Part shown: positions 19,685-27,870 of the stretch, in pieces
Numbering within the stretch: position 1 is the first letter of the stretch
Layout of the letters: the number at the start of each line of letters is the position of its first letter
Source: a virus
Taxonomy: Duplodnaviria > Caudoviricetes
IMG/VR virus record: IMGVR_UViG_3300008952_000239
Span: 1-27,983 of that record
Strand: one strand, 5' to 3'
DNA: 27,983 nt
The notes under the pieces: model-generated
Told to the model about the DNA's origin: nothing
The model's input: only the letters and a program-made list of their open reading frames with translations
The model's database searches: none
Made by a program: the position numbers and the translations under genes

Positions 19685-20158
19685 CTATCCTATACAATGT
19701 AAAATTATCTCTATTCCCTTATTAGAAAGGCCCAGCTTTGGAATATTGTAAAATACCTTAATGCTAACCTCTGCAATAGAATCTACAGCGGGTGAATCAC
19801 TAAACGATGATTCAAATGATGAGAGCTCGACATACGGCATATATTTTTCAACTGCTGTTCTAATTCTTTTCATCACTTCTGAATCAAAGTCATCTTTTGC
19901 CAATCTTTCTGTAGTTAGCTCTCTTAAATTTCCACCAAAATCGTAAATACCTAGTCTTTCTCCATGATTTGTTAAAATTAGATTTTTTAAATTATCTTGA
20001 ATTTGACTACCTATGTCTGTATGCATCTCAAAGATTCCTGAGACTCCAGACCCAAATCTTAGAGGTGTTTTTATTCCAATAGGTTGAGGATCGACCTCTC
20101 TATTAAACTTCTTATCAGTAACTCTATTGCCAGAGCTTTTAAAACTTATTGAACTCAA
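19685..20158 (-). CDS. gp25: Baseplate wedge/sheath initiator, gp25 (GPW_gp25) family (157 aa)
   Basis: QIQDNLKNLILTNHGERLGIYDFGGNL...IRTAVEKYMPYVEL is the GPW/gp25 signature. TTG start with a GAGGT Shine-Dalgarno. Confidence 0.9.
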   Translation of the reverse strand: MSSISFKSSGNRVTDKKFNREVDPQPIGIKTPLRFGSGVSGIFEMHTDIGSQIQDNLKNLILTNHGERLGIYDFGGNLRELTTERLAKDDFDSEVMKRIRTAVEKYMPYVELSSFESSFSDSPAVDSIAEVSIKVFYNIPKLGLSNKGIEIILHCIG

Positions 20159-20177
20159 TCTAACTTACCTCTAAAAA

Positions 20178-20200
20178 CTAAATATAGACCTAGATAAATA
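20178..20200 (-). promoter_or_regulatory. Candidate late promoter(s): tandem TATTTA boxes upstream of the gp25-like gene
   Basis: The minus strand reads GATTATTTATCTAGGTCTATATTTAGTTTTTAGAGGT...TTG. This is the only sizeable intergenic gap in the structural operon. Confidence 0.35.
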
Positions 20201-20215
20201 ATCAGCTATCTAAAT

Positions 20216-20698
20216 TCAACCCCACTTAAGTGTAACTCCATTTGCCTTGGTGTATGTACCAGTTTTTGACCAAATATATATATTGCTTGCAATATCTTCA
20301 ATTGCTTCATCAGCAGTTTTAAAAGATTTAAACGAACTAGGCATATTCCTCCAAAATGGCTTTGGAGGAGGTATTGATGCTGTGGTGCCAAGTGTGGATC
20401 CCATAATTGCATTATTGACAGCCAGCTTGAATATATCAACTGGAGCATATGCAAACCTCATCCGATCTTCCTCTGCCACTAGAAGCGAAGCGGGTCCAAA
20501 TGTCTCCATTAGTGCAGTTGCAAGAACTGCAGCTCCGGCAACGATAATCGGACGAGCATTGAGTGTCACAATCCGCATTGATAGAAAATAATCTCTTAGG
20601 GCTGTTGCCCAATACCAGGCTGCTGTATCAGTGGAGGTAGTTGGACTTGACATAAACTGTTGTAATAATTCAGTTAGATTATCTTCTCTTAGTGCCAT
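20216..20698 (-). CDS. Small hypothetical baseplate-associated protein (160 aa)
   Basis: Lies between the spike and gp25 genes and is TAATG-coupled to the spike gene. Helical and Ala-rich. Confidence 0.65.
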   Translation of the reverse strand: MALREDNLTELLQQFMSSPTTSTDTAAWYWATALRDYFLSMRIVTLNARPIIVAGAAVLATALMETFGPASLLVAEEDRMRFAYAPVDIFKLAVNNAIMGSTLGTTASIPPPKPFWRNMPSSFKSFKTADEAIEDIASNIYIWSKTGTYTKANGVTLKWG

Positions 20699-22248
20699 TA
20701 TTTTGTCTTTCCAACTTTACTTAGGATGTTTATTAGGCTGGTCTTTTTAATTTCAATTTTTGCTGATTGTGGCTGTCCGAGGATCACGGGTGGGCTTGTT
20801 GGTCCGACTGCACACCCGTGTGTATGACCGTCATAGGATCCTATAAAGTCAATGACTTCCTGCATAAATCCATCCAGAATTTCTTTTAGCTCATTTCCTA
20901 AAACTATGGGCTCAGTGGCACCTCTTCCTATTATGACCTGCTCGCCCTGACCATTTGAGCCTTCTATTCCAGACCCAATTACAATCTTTGGGCCGTCAAC
21001 CATAATTGTCCCATCTTCAAGCATCATAATAACAGCCTTGTCTTCATCTGCAGCACCCTCTTTGACAATTCTTATACTACCGTTACCCCTGCTTACCAGT
21101 CTAACTTCGCTAGACTTTATAATAGTATACGGGCTTTCAGCAACCTGCGCAACTTCGCCTTCATCGTCACCCTCTGTACCTGGATACACTAATGAAAAGT
21201 TACTATCTCCATTAGACTTCATAGATACATAAATTCTAGAAAAATCGTTTACGAAGTCTGGATTTCCCTCATACGCATTTTCCTCTCCTGACTCACTCTC
21301 AATTGGATTCTTTGGGATCTCATAATATCCACGTGTATTTAAGACTCCGTCGGGAGCACTAAATGCTGCTGTCTCCTCTGTCTGTCCTCTTCCCACGACG
21401 ATATCAATTGCGCCCTGGCCGCTTGGTGGCAAGTTTCCTGGGAAGGGATTTATAGTTTCTGTGTCAGGTATTCCTGTATTTATTGGGCCTGTTCTTTCAG
21501 ACCCGAGAACTATCATTGCATTATTAGACCCTTGAAGAACTACATCTCCTACTGCTTTTGAGAATCTCGGAACTGGCTCACCAATAAACTGATTACAGCT
21601 TCCAACATTTCCAAGAGCTTCAGAAAGACTAATTATCTCTCTATATTCTCGAAGACCATCCCTAAGTGTTCTACCAGTTGAACTCCCCGGGGATCCATCT
21701 GGAAATCCCGGTCCTATAAAGTTTTCATCAGTAGATCCCGCATCGTCAAATAGGCTGCCGAGGGGAAGATCATCTATTGTAGATTTTCCCTCAGTCTGAT
21801 CTGACATTATTGTCGAGCCCATTCTATCTGCGTGTGTATAGTTGAGATCATCTACTTGTAGATCAACACACTTTCTAGTAATCCAGTAGCCTAGCGTCTC
21901 ATTCCCCCGAAGAGTCTCAAATATGACCCAGACCTGCTCTCCTGGTTTTACTGGTAGGCACAGATGAGGAGAGAAAAACGGATAAAATATAAAAGGTTTC
22001 TTAAATTTTCCTCTTTTATCAGAGACTACGTAAGCTGATATACTATTTCTTGGCATTCTATCAACATACTGTGGGTTTCCAACTCCTGGTCCTTCACCCG
22101 TCCCGCTCAGAGAGTACTTATGATAGTTTGCAAGGTCAGACGGATTTGAATAAAAATCCTTCACAACAGCTGTATAAAACACTCTAGACGAAGGACCCCT
22201 TCTTCTAAATCCGATTCCAAGGGGTCTATTTGGATCTGAACCTCCCAT
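20698..22248 (-). CDS. Baseplate central spike (gp5/gpV/gp138-like) with an N-terminal OB-fold-like region and an HxH apex (516 aa)
   Basis: LCLPVKPGEQVWVIFE resembles the gp5/gpV OB-fold motif. GDVVLQGSNNAMIVLG and later beta-strand repeats. C-terminal YDGHTHGCAVGPTSPP contains the HxH metal-binding tip motif. Lies upstream of gp25/gp6. Confidence 0.7.
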   Translation of the reverse strand: MGGSDPNRPLGIGFRRRGPSSRVFYTAVVKDFYSNPSDLANYHKYSLSGTGEGPGVGNPQYVDRMPRNSISAYVVSDKRGKFKKPFIFYPFFSPHLCLPVKPGEQVWVIFETLRGNETLGYWITRKCVDLQVDDLNYTHADRMGSTIMSDQTEGKSTIDDLPLGSLFDDAGSTDENFIGPGFPDGSPGSSTGRTLRDGLREYREIISLSEALGNVGSCNQFIGEPVPRFSKAVGDVVLQGSNNAMIVLGSERTGPINTGIPDTETINPFPGNLPPSGQGAIDIVVGRGQTEETAAFSAPDGVLNTRGYYEIPKNPIESESGEENAYEGNPDFVNDFSRIYVSMKSNGDSNFSLVYPGTEGDDEGEVAQVAESPYTIIKSSEVRLVSRGNGSIRIVKEGAADEDKAVIMMLEDGTIMVDGPKIVIGSGIEGSNGQGEQVIIGRGATEPIVLGNELKEILDGFMQEVIDFIGSYDGHTHGCAVGPTSPPVILGQPQSAKIEIKKTSLINILSKVGKTK

Positions 22249-22250
22249 CT

Positions 22251-22616
22251 CTATCCGCCTATCTCGCTGAATATGTCATCAGGATTTATTACCTCTGCCT
22301 TTGACTCAGCCTTATCAATAATCTCTGCTAGCCTTAGTATTTGATCATTTGACTTTGACATCCTTTCAAGATATTTTGCCATGATTGGTCCGAATGTTGT
22401 GTGATTTCCTGGATTTCCCTGGGATTGAGTCATGAGATCCATAAATAACATGCCTGCATTCTCTCTATCATTTAGGGCATTTTCATAGATCTCTTTCCAC
22501 AAAAGCCGTTTCTTATCTTCAGTGCTCTCAATTGCGTCAAGCATGTCACCGAAGTCTTCTATCTTCTTATTTTTTTTATTGATTGATTTTTGAAGCCTGT
22601 CAATTTTTTTTGTCAT
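22251..22616 (-). CDS. Small helical hypothetical protein (121 aa)
   Basis: AGGGGG Shine-Dalgarno; charged helical sequence (YLERMSKSNDQILRLAEII). Function unknown. Confidence 0.7.
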   Translation of the reverse strand: MTKKIDRLQKSINKKNKKIEDFGDMLDAIESTEDKKRLLWKEIYENALNDRENAGMLFMDLMTQSQGNPGNHTTFGPIMAKYLERMSKSNDQILRLAEIIDKAESKAEVINPDDIFSEIGG

Positions 22617-22630
22617 TTTTTAATCCCCCT

Positions 22631-23374
22631 TTAAAAGAATATATCAAACTCCTCTAGTTTGACCAGCGACTTATAGTGCTTTCTTATTGAAGACATCGCA
22701 ATTGAAAGCTGCTTTGGATTTAAGTTTGATATATCCCTTAGATATACAAATATTGCACGCTTGTTAAGTAGATCAAGATCGTCAATCTTCTCAAAAAGAC
22801 AGATTATTGCATTAATGCAGGCAATTTCATTTTCGCTTGAAAGCTTTCCTTTTATCTCCTCCATAAGAGAAAACATGTTTTTAATTGACTCTCTCTTTAA
22901 AATTCTCTCATCTTGCTCAGGTGCTATTTTATATGTCTCGATTGCACGCATATCCCTTTTGCTAATTGAAAACGGATCATCTATGCTAACTTGTCTCTTA
23001 TTTTGTTTTGCGCGTTGCTTGCTTTTAATAATTAGCCAATTTTTTGCCACTACATTAAAATAAGAGAATGCCTTTGTTCCCCTGCTGTGATCAAATTTAT
23101 TTAAAGTCTCATATAAGAAAACAACACAGTCGTTTTTAAGGTCTTCATACGAGCAATGATTTGATTTAAATCCATGAATAAATATTAAATTTTCTACAAG
23201 CTTGTCAAATGCAGGAAGTATATCAGTAACATATAGCTTTTCTTTTTCACTATTAGATTCTTCTTGTTGAAATTTAACAATTGCATCATGAGTTCCTGAG
23301 TGGAAATATAGATTTCTTTTTGCACCCTTTTTTCTTCTTCTTATTTTGACAACTTTCTTCTTAGCTTTTTCCAT
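22631..23374 (-). CDS. Phage RNA polymerase sigma factor, T4 gp55-like (probable late transcription)
   Basis: Sigma region-2-like stretch YEDLKNDCVVFLYETLNKFDHSRGTKAFSYFNVVAKNWLI (compare the FDP.rg.kf.tYa / FD....npFaYFt consensus). N-terminal LYF motif. Located just upstream of the structural genes. Confidence 0.75.
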   Translation of the reverse strand: MEKAKKKVVKIRRRKKGAKRNLYFHSGTHDAIVKFQQEESNSEKEKLYVTDILPAFDKLVENLIFIHGFKSNHCSYEDLKNDCVVFLYETLNKFDHSRGTKAFSYFNVVAKNWLIIKSKQRAKQNKRQVSIDDPFSISKRDMRAIETYKIAPEQDERILKRESIKNMFSLMEEIKGKLSSENEIACINAIICLFEKIDDLDLLNKRAIFVYLRDISNLNPKQLSIAMSSIRKHYKSLVKLEEFDIFF

Positions 23375-23375
23375 T

Positions 23376-23693
23376 TCAACCTTCTTCTATTTTGCCTATA
23401 TCGCTTTCAATGGAGCTTTTATCGATAGAGCCGAGGATGTTTGCAATTTTTAAAATTGAATCCCTTGTATCTTTGATATCTCTAATAACCTGTCTAATTT
23501 CAACGCTGTCAAAGAAAACAGGCATTTCAAGTATCTTAGTCATGTTCGTATATCTTTCGTCAAGAATATCAAGAGAGTCTTCAATTCCATCTTGAACGTT
23601 TAGTATTATTACGCCAAACTTGTAGTTATAGTAGACCGAGAAGCACAAAAGTGGAAACAGGATGCAGGAAATAGCAATCCAGATCCAGGTCAA
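23376..23693 (-). CDS. Small membrane-anchored protein (105 aa)
   Basis: N-terminal hydrophobic helix WIWIAISCILFPLLCFSVYY followed by an amphipathic/coiled region. The TTG start overlaps the TGA of the glycosyltransferase. Confidence 0.65.
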   Translation of the reverse strand: MTWIWIAISCILFPLLCFSVYYNYKFGVIILNVQDGIEDSLDILDERYTNMTKILEMPVFFDSVEIRQVIRDIKDTRDSILKIANILGSIDKSSIESDIGKIEEG

Positions 23694-24856
23694 ACTTTAT
23701 CTCCAAAGACACTATCGAACAGGCTGTCATATTTCTCACAGACAGCTTTCTGAGAAAATGTACTTCTTAGACGATCAGACAAGTCAGCGGCCCACTGATT
23801 AGGCTTACTATAATTATGCCTAAACTTTCTAATCTTCTTTTTAAAGTCTGTCTCATCAGCATCTGCCCATCTGAATCCTTTCTTAAAAATTCTTCCATCA
23901 ATTCTATCATCCGGAATCTCAACAAGCCTATAGTTTACAGGAATAAACTTTCCAGAGTTTAAAAAATCTAAGTGTCCAGACCAGTTTGTTGCAATTACTG
24001 GAATTTTTGCAACAGATGCCTCAAGAAGTGGTAATCCGAATCCCTCACCTCTTGTCAGGCTTACAAAGCACTTTACTGAATCTACATTGTAGAGAGAGGC
24101 AATTTCTTTATTTGTTAGATTTCCATGTATGAGATGAACTTTTGGATATGGTCCAGGTCTGACTTCAGCGATCACCTGCTTAATTTTTTGCTTAGTTATT
24201 TCTCTATCAATTCTTGTTCCTCGTCCATGATTTGTCTTTATTATTAGGCCAACTTCTGGATCGTCGGAAAACTCTTCAAAGATCCACTTCATTGTATTTA
24301 AAAGATTTTTTCTATCATTTCTTGGTGAGCCGCCTGTAAACTGTCCAACAATTAAAAAATTAAATGATGTATCTAGATTGAGAGGTAGTGGATCTAGATT
24401 CTCTTCAATTTCTTCAAGATATGATTCAGGAACAACATGGACTGGTGTTGTCGGTTTTCCAGTTCTTAGTATAGTGTCACGTATGTGCTCAGTTGGAACA
24501 ATAACAAGATCCATTTGATTAATTTTTTCAATCCAGTCAGAATTGCACATATCAGTCTCCACAAACGCACTAACACCAACATTAAATTTAGCTATGCTTG
24601 CATCCCACTCATCCGGAAGCTGAACTTGAAAAGATATGTCAGACTTTGACTGTCCTGGATCTGACCTGTTCATGACATCTGCAACAAGACCGTCTTCCAT
24701 GTCAGGATTTATCATCCACGAAGTATTTCCCCACTGTAAGATCTGAGTTGAGACATTGAAATCAGATCTTGTCAGAAGCCACTTAAAAATTTGCCTAGAG
24801 TGAGTTCCGTATCCGCTATAAGATAAAAGAGGAGCCCTTATTATAACATTTTTCAT
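23690..24856 (-). CDS. Glycosyltransferase, GT-B fold (GT4-like), 388 aa
   Basis: SYSGYGTHSR N-terminal loop, DRKNL, and CFVSLTRGEGFGLPLLEASVAKIPVIATNWSGHLDF (EX7E motif). Confidence 0.92.
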   Translation of the reverse strand: MKNVIIRAPLLSYSGYGTHSRQIFKWLLTRSDFNVSTQILQWGNTSWMINPDMEDGLVADVMNRSDPGQSKSDISFQVQLPDEWDASIAKFNVGVSAFVETDMCNSDWIEKINQMDLVIVPTEHIRDTILRTGKPTTPVHVVPESYLEEIEENLDPLPLNLDTSFNFLIVGQFTGGSPRNDRKNLLNTMKWIFEEFSDDPEVGLIIKTNHGRGTRIDREITKQKIKQVIAEVRPGPYPKVHLIHGNLTNKEIASLYNVDSVKCFVSLTRGEGFGLPLLEASVAKIPVIATNWSGHLDFLNSGKFIPVNYRLVEIPDDRIDGRIFKKGFRWADADETDFKKKIRKFRHNYSKPNQWAADLSDRLRSTFSQKAVCEKYDSLFDSVFGDKV

Positions 24857-24870
24857 TTATTGATTAATCC

Positions 24871-26124
24871 CTATAGAGTAAAGCATTCGTATCTTTTATA
24901 GTCTTCTTTCCAGGTATCTAAAAGACTATCCATCGTTCTATGCCAGTCATCAACAGTTTTTTCAATTCCAAACTCTGTTTTAGAATAGCTAAGACACTTA
25001 TTTTTTAATTTTTTTCTTTTAGCGGGAGATAGATCGTGTAACTTTAAAATAGACTTTGCTGTTGTCTCATTGGTGCAATAGTCCTCATAGATAAAAGGAA
25101 CCTGTTGAGATCCTACTAGTGATCTAAACTCTATGGGAATTGCAACTCCGTTCTCTGTTCCGTCTCTATGATCTATAACCTGTCTTGTTAGACCACCTGT
25201 CTTCAGAGCAACGATCGGACATCCTGTCATCATTGCTTCGAGAGTAGAAAGTCCGAACCCCTCTGCGTAACTAATGTTTAGACAGAAATCTGAGATATTA
25301 TATAGTATGTTCATTTTTTCAAATTCTAGTCTTTCATTTGAGAAAAATATGCTATCTGTAACTCCGTGAAGCTCTGCATTTTTAATTAAGTTCGGACCCT
25401 CTTGATCGTGTGGGTCGGTATGCATGATTAAGGTAGCCCTTCTATGTCCGTGTTTCTTTTCTAAAATTTCTAAAAACTTTTTCCATGATTCAATGACGTC
25501 AGCAGGTCTTTTTCTTTTTGCGTTTCTATTGACCCAGATTCCAACAAAATGATCAAGTCTATCATCTCCCAAGATCTGTCTCTTATATGATATCCTCTCT
25601 GTATTTGATACTGGAAAGAATAACTCTTCTGGGACTGCATGTGGAATGAAGTTAACCTTGGGTGTAACACGATCATTTATTAGATCATATGTCATGTGAG
25701 AGTGACAATTAATCAAGTCTGTAGACTCATATAGGACATGATTAAAGTCTGGGTATGGATCATTATCCCAAACATGCCACCAGACAATTGGACACATTTG
25801 ATGAACCTCATCTTCCATTTCAAAAAGCCAGATAAAAAATCGCGGATCGGTAAAGATAAAAAGAATATCAGGTTTTTCGGTTGCAAGAGCAACTCTTATC
25901 ATATCTCTACTTCCAAATCCGTCTATTGGCTTTATGATAAAGTCATCACTGACCTGAACAGTATCATAATTTGAATGCTTTAGGGCTGCACCAAACTGTC
26001 TAAAAGTCCAGTGTCCCGGGTACTGTCGTAAAAGACCGTTTAAAAGATGGCGTGTCTGTGTGCCTACACCTGATGTGCTTAGGGCATGGTCAGAAAGCAC
26101 CAATACTTTCTTTTTTTCTGACAT
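24871..26124 (-). CDS. Glycosyltransferase, GT-B fold (GT4-like), 417 aa
   Basis: VLVLSDHALSTSGVG, VNRNAKRK, and NISYAEGFGLSTLEAMMTGCPIVALKTGGL (EX7E motif). Confidence 0.93.
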   Translation of the reverse strand: MSEKKKVLVLSDHALSTSGVGTQTRHLLNGLLRQYPGHWTFRQFGAALKHSNYDTVQVSDDFIIKPIDGFGSRDMIRVALATEKPDILFIFTDPRFFIWLFEMEDEVHQMCPIVWWHVWDNDPYPDFNHVLYESTDLINCHSHMTYDLINDRVTPKVNFIPHAVPEELFFPVSNTERISYKRQILGDDRLDHFVGIWVNRNAKRKRPADVIESWKKFLEILEKKHGHRRATLIMHTDPHDQEGPNLIKNAELHGVTDSIFFSNERLEFEKMNILYNISDFCLNISYAEGFGLSTLEAMMTGCPIVALKTGGLTRQVIDHRDGTENGVAIPIEFRSLVGSQQVPFIYEDYCTNETTAKSILKLHDLSPAKRKKLKNKCLSYSKTEFGIEKTVDDWHRTMDSLLDTWKEDYKRYECFTL

Positions 26125-26144
26125 ATTTTATAAACCTCAGTGAA

Positions 26145-26173
26145 ATATTATCATCGAGATATTATAAAGTAAA
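26145..26173 (-). promoter_or_regulatory. Sigma70-like promoter TTTACT-N17-TAATAT for the glycosyltransferase genes
   Basis: -35 at 26168-26173 and -10 at 26145-26150 with a 17-bp spacer. GAGGT Shine-Dalgarno at 26134-26138. Confidence 0.4.
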
Positions 26174-27007
26174 TCAGGTACAATGTTCTGTATTTTTAAA
26201 TTGACAGTATCTACAAGAGTCTCTATTTTTTAAAAACATCCCCCTGTAGACGGAAGAGATCATGCTATTCATCATCTTAATCCCTCGCTCTAGCGTCTTC
26301 GGTCCCACAGATACTGTAACAAGCTCACAGATACGTCCAGGCTTACCTCCACGCTTAAGAAGGATAAAACCACAACGTATATCCTTGAGAGGTATAGAGT
26401 GCTTTCTTGCCCAGAAATACTTATATAGAATAAGCTGTGCCGTCATTAAAAGACTTTGCTTCTTTTCTCTTCTCCACCCGTATGACTGAGCTGTCTTCCA
26501 GTCAAGGATCCAGTAGTTGTATCCCTCCCCTCTCTTCTTTGGAACCTTGATAACAGCGTCAATAAATCCCTTAAATTTTATACTTTTTCCCTCAATCTCC
26601 TCATAGAGGTACTCCTCAGCTTTTACAGGCTCCCAGTTGGGAAAGGTATCATCTAAAAAATTGGGAACTTCATCCCACATATTTTCTGCCCACTGGCACC
26701 AGGTCTCTACGGGTGCGTACTTATACCAGCCGGGTTGTTTCTCAACCCAGTCAGGATTGTCAAAACCATTTTTCTCCCACGCAGAAGTAATATCATTAAA
26801 AAGCTTTTTCTTGTCTACTGTTCTTGTCTCAAGCAGTGTCTCGCATCCTTCGTGAACAGCTGTTCCAAAGTCAAGATAGGGTGAAGGTTCAAAGGTGTCA
26901 ACCTTATCAACATACATAAGTTTGTGTCTCCAGGAGCACTCTTTCCATATCTTTACTTCAGAAAATGAAATATGAGGCTTTCCTGTTGGAAAGTTATTTT
27001 CAGTCAT
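26174..27007 (-). CDS. PD-(D/E)XK nuclease, Cas4/AddB/RecB-like with a probable 4Fe-4S cluster (277 aa)
   Basis: HISFSEVKIWKECSWRH, FGTAVHEGCE, AEEYL, FKGFIDAV...ILDWKT, QLILY, and C-terminal CRYCQFKNTEHC. One N-terminal plus three C-terminal Cys form the iron-staple pattern. Confidence 0.88.
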   Translation of the reverse strand: MTENNFPTGKPHISFSEVKIWKECSWRHKLMYVDKVDTFEPSPYLDFGTAVHEGCETLLETRTVDKKKLFNDITSAWEKNGFDNPDWVEKQPGWYKYAPVETWCQWAENMWDEVPNFLDDTFPNWEPVKAEEYLYEEIEGKSIKFKGFIDAVIKVPKKRGEGYNYWILDWKTAQSYGWRREKKQSLLMTAQLILYKYFWARKHSIPLKDIRCGFILLKRGGKPGRICELVTVSVGPKTLERGIKMMNSMISSVYRGMFLKNRDSCRYCQFKNTEHCT

Positions 27008-27009
27008 AC

Positions 27010-27042
27010 TTTAATTATAATTAAAAATATAGAAAAGTACAC
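27010..27042. promoter_or_regulatory. Divergent promoter region: perfect 16-bp palindrome TTTAATTATAATTAAA; minus-strand GTGTAC-N17-TATAAT
   Basis: The palindrome at 27010-27025 gives TATAAT on both strands. The minus-strand -10 (27014-27019) lies 6 nt from the nuclease ATG. The plus-strand gene has a GAGGA Shine-Dalgarno at 27043-27047. Confidence 0.55.
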
Positions 27043-27051
27043 GAGGATCGA

Positions 27052-27870
27052 ATGCTTAGTGATGAAGAATATCAAGAAAGAATTCAAAAGCTAAAAAATA
27101 GAAATCTTAAGGAACTTTATTTTATTCACATTCCCAAAGCAGCTGGCTCATATGTGAGACATTTTCCCATTCCAATATCTGCGCACGGTAATCATGAGCA
27201 ATTTCATAGTTATCCGGCATACGAAAATGTAGACAGGGAAGGTATGGCAAGAGTGCTCAACAAAGATCTTCTTGAAAAAGGTGAAATAGTTAGCGGATAC
27301 ATCGTTGGAGAACAAAAGCCTATAAAGCCGAGCATACTAAGATTTGCAACAGTTAGAAATCCATTCGACTATCTAATAAGCTGTTATTTTTCAGGAATGG
27401 TCGGAGCACCCGGGCAAACAATTAGATGTGCCGCAGACCACAAAGACAGTAGAATACATTGTACTCGTTGCAATGGCCTTGGATATGAAAAATTCTTAAC
27501 TGAATACTGCAAGGATCAGATGCTTTACCTGCCATGTAGAAAGAACTTATTTCACCAAATATTTGACAATAAAGGAAGATGCTGTGTTGATTTACTTATT
27601 AGGTCTGAGTATATACACAATGGCTTGGTACAGCTTAACAACATAGTGTTTGACAAAAAAGTCGACAGGAATATTTCAAAATCACACATAAACGTCTCCC
27701 TAAAGAGACAAAAAAGGAACTATAAAGAATTCTACACTGAAGAAATTAAGCAAATGGTTGAGAAAAAAGTTAAAAAAGAACTTGATATGTTTGGATATTC
27801 TTTTGACGGACCTGTAGATAAAAGACCATTTGTATTTCTAGATAGGGATAAAAGATACGATATATTTTAG
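27052..27870 (+). CDS. Sulfotransferase family 2 (PAPS-dependent carbohydrate sulfotransferase-like), 272 aa
   Basis: 5'-PSB motif YFIHIPKAAGSYV, 3'-PB motif FATVRNPFDYLISCY, and C-terminal HINVS...YKEFYTEEIKQMVEK...ELDMFGYSF, all typical of Sulfotransfer_2. Confidence 0.88.
   Translation: MLSDEEYQERIQKLKNRNLKELYFIHIPKAAGSYVRHFPIPISAHGNHEQFHSYPAYENVDREGMARVLNKDLLEKGEIVSGYIVGEQKPIKPSILRFATVRNPFDYLISCYFSGMVGAPGQTIRCAADHKDSRIHCTRCNGLGYEKFLTEYCKDQMLYLPCRKNLFHQIFDNKGRCCVDLLIRSEYIHNGLVQLNNIVFDKKVDRNISKSHINVSLKRQKRNYKEFYTEEIKQMVEKKVKKELDMFGYSFDGPVDKRPFVFLDRDKRYDIF

Noticed and set aside
20206-20454. Alternative-frame 82-aa minus-strand ORF overlapping the 160-aa gene (possible programmed frameshift)
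   Set aside because: No convincing slippery site was found, and the 160-aa frame is complete and coupled to the spike gene.
17848-22248. Bacterial T6SS, eCIS or tailocin locus
   Set aside because: gp25, baseplate J and spike are shared with these systems, but the T4-type gp6, gp55-like sigma factor, solo nuclease and absence of T6SS membrane-complex or ATPase genes fit a large phage better.
22251-22616. 121-aa ORF as a terminase small subunit
   Set aside because: Size and helicity fit, but there is no adjacent large terminase and no diagnostic motif.
23376-23693. 105-aa membrane protein as a holin or spanin
   Set aside because: It has a single N-terminal helix, with no neighbouring endolysin or lipoprotein partner.
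26174-27051. CRISPR-Cas locus suggested by the Cas4-like gene
   Set aside because: No repeat-spacer array or other cas genes were seen, and the intergenic gaps are under 60 bp.
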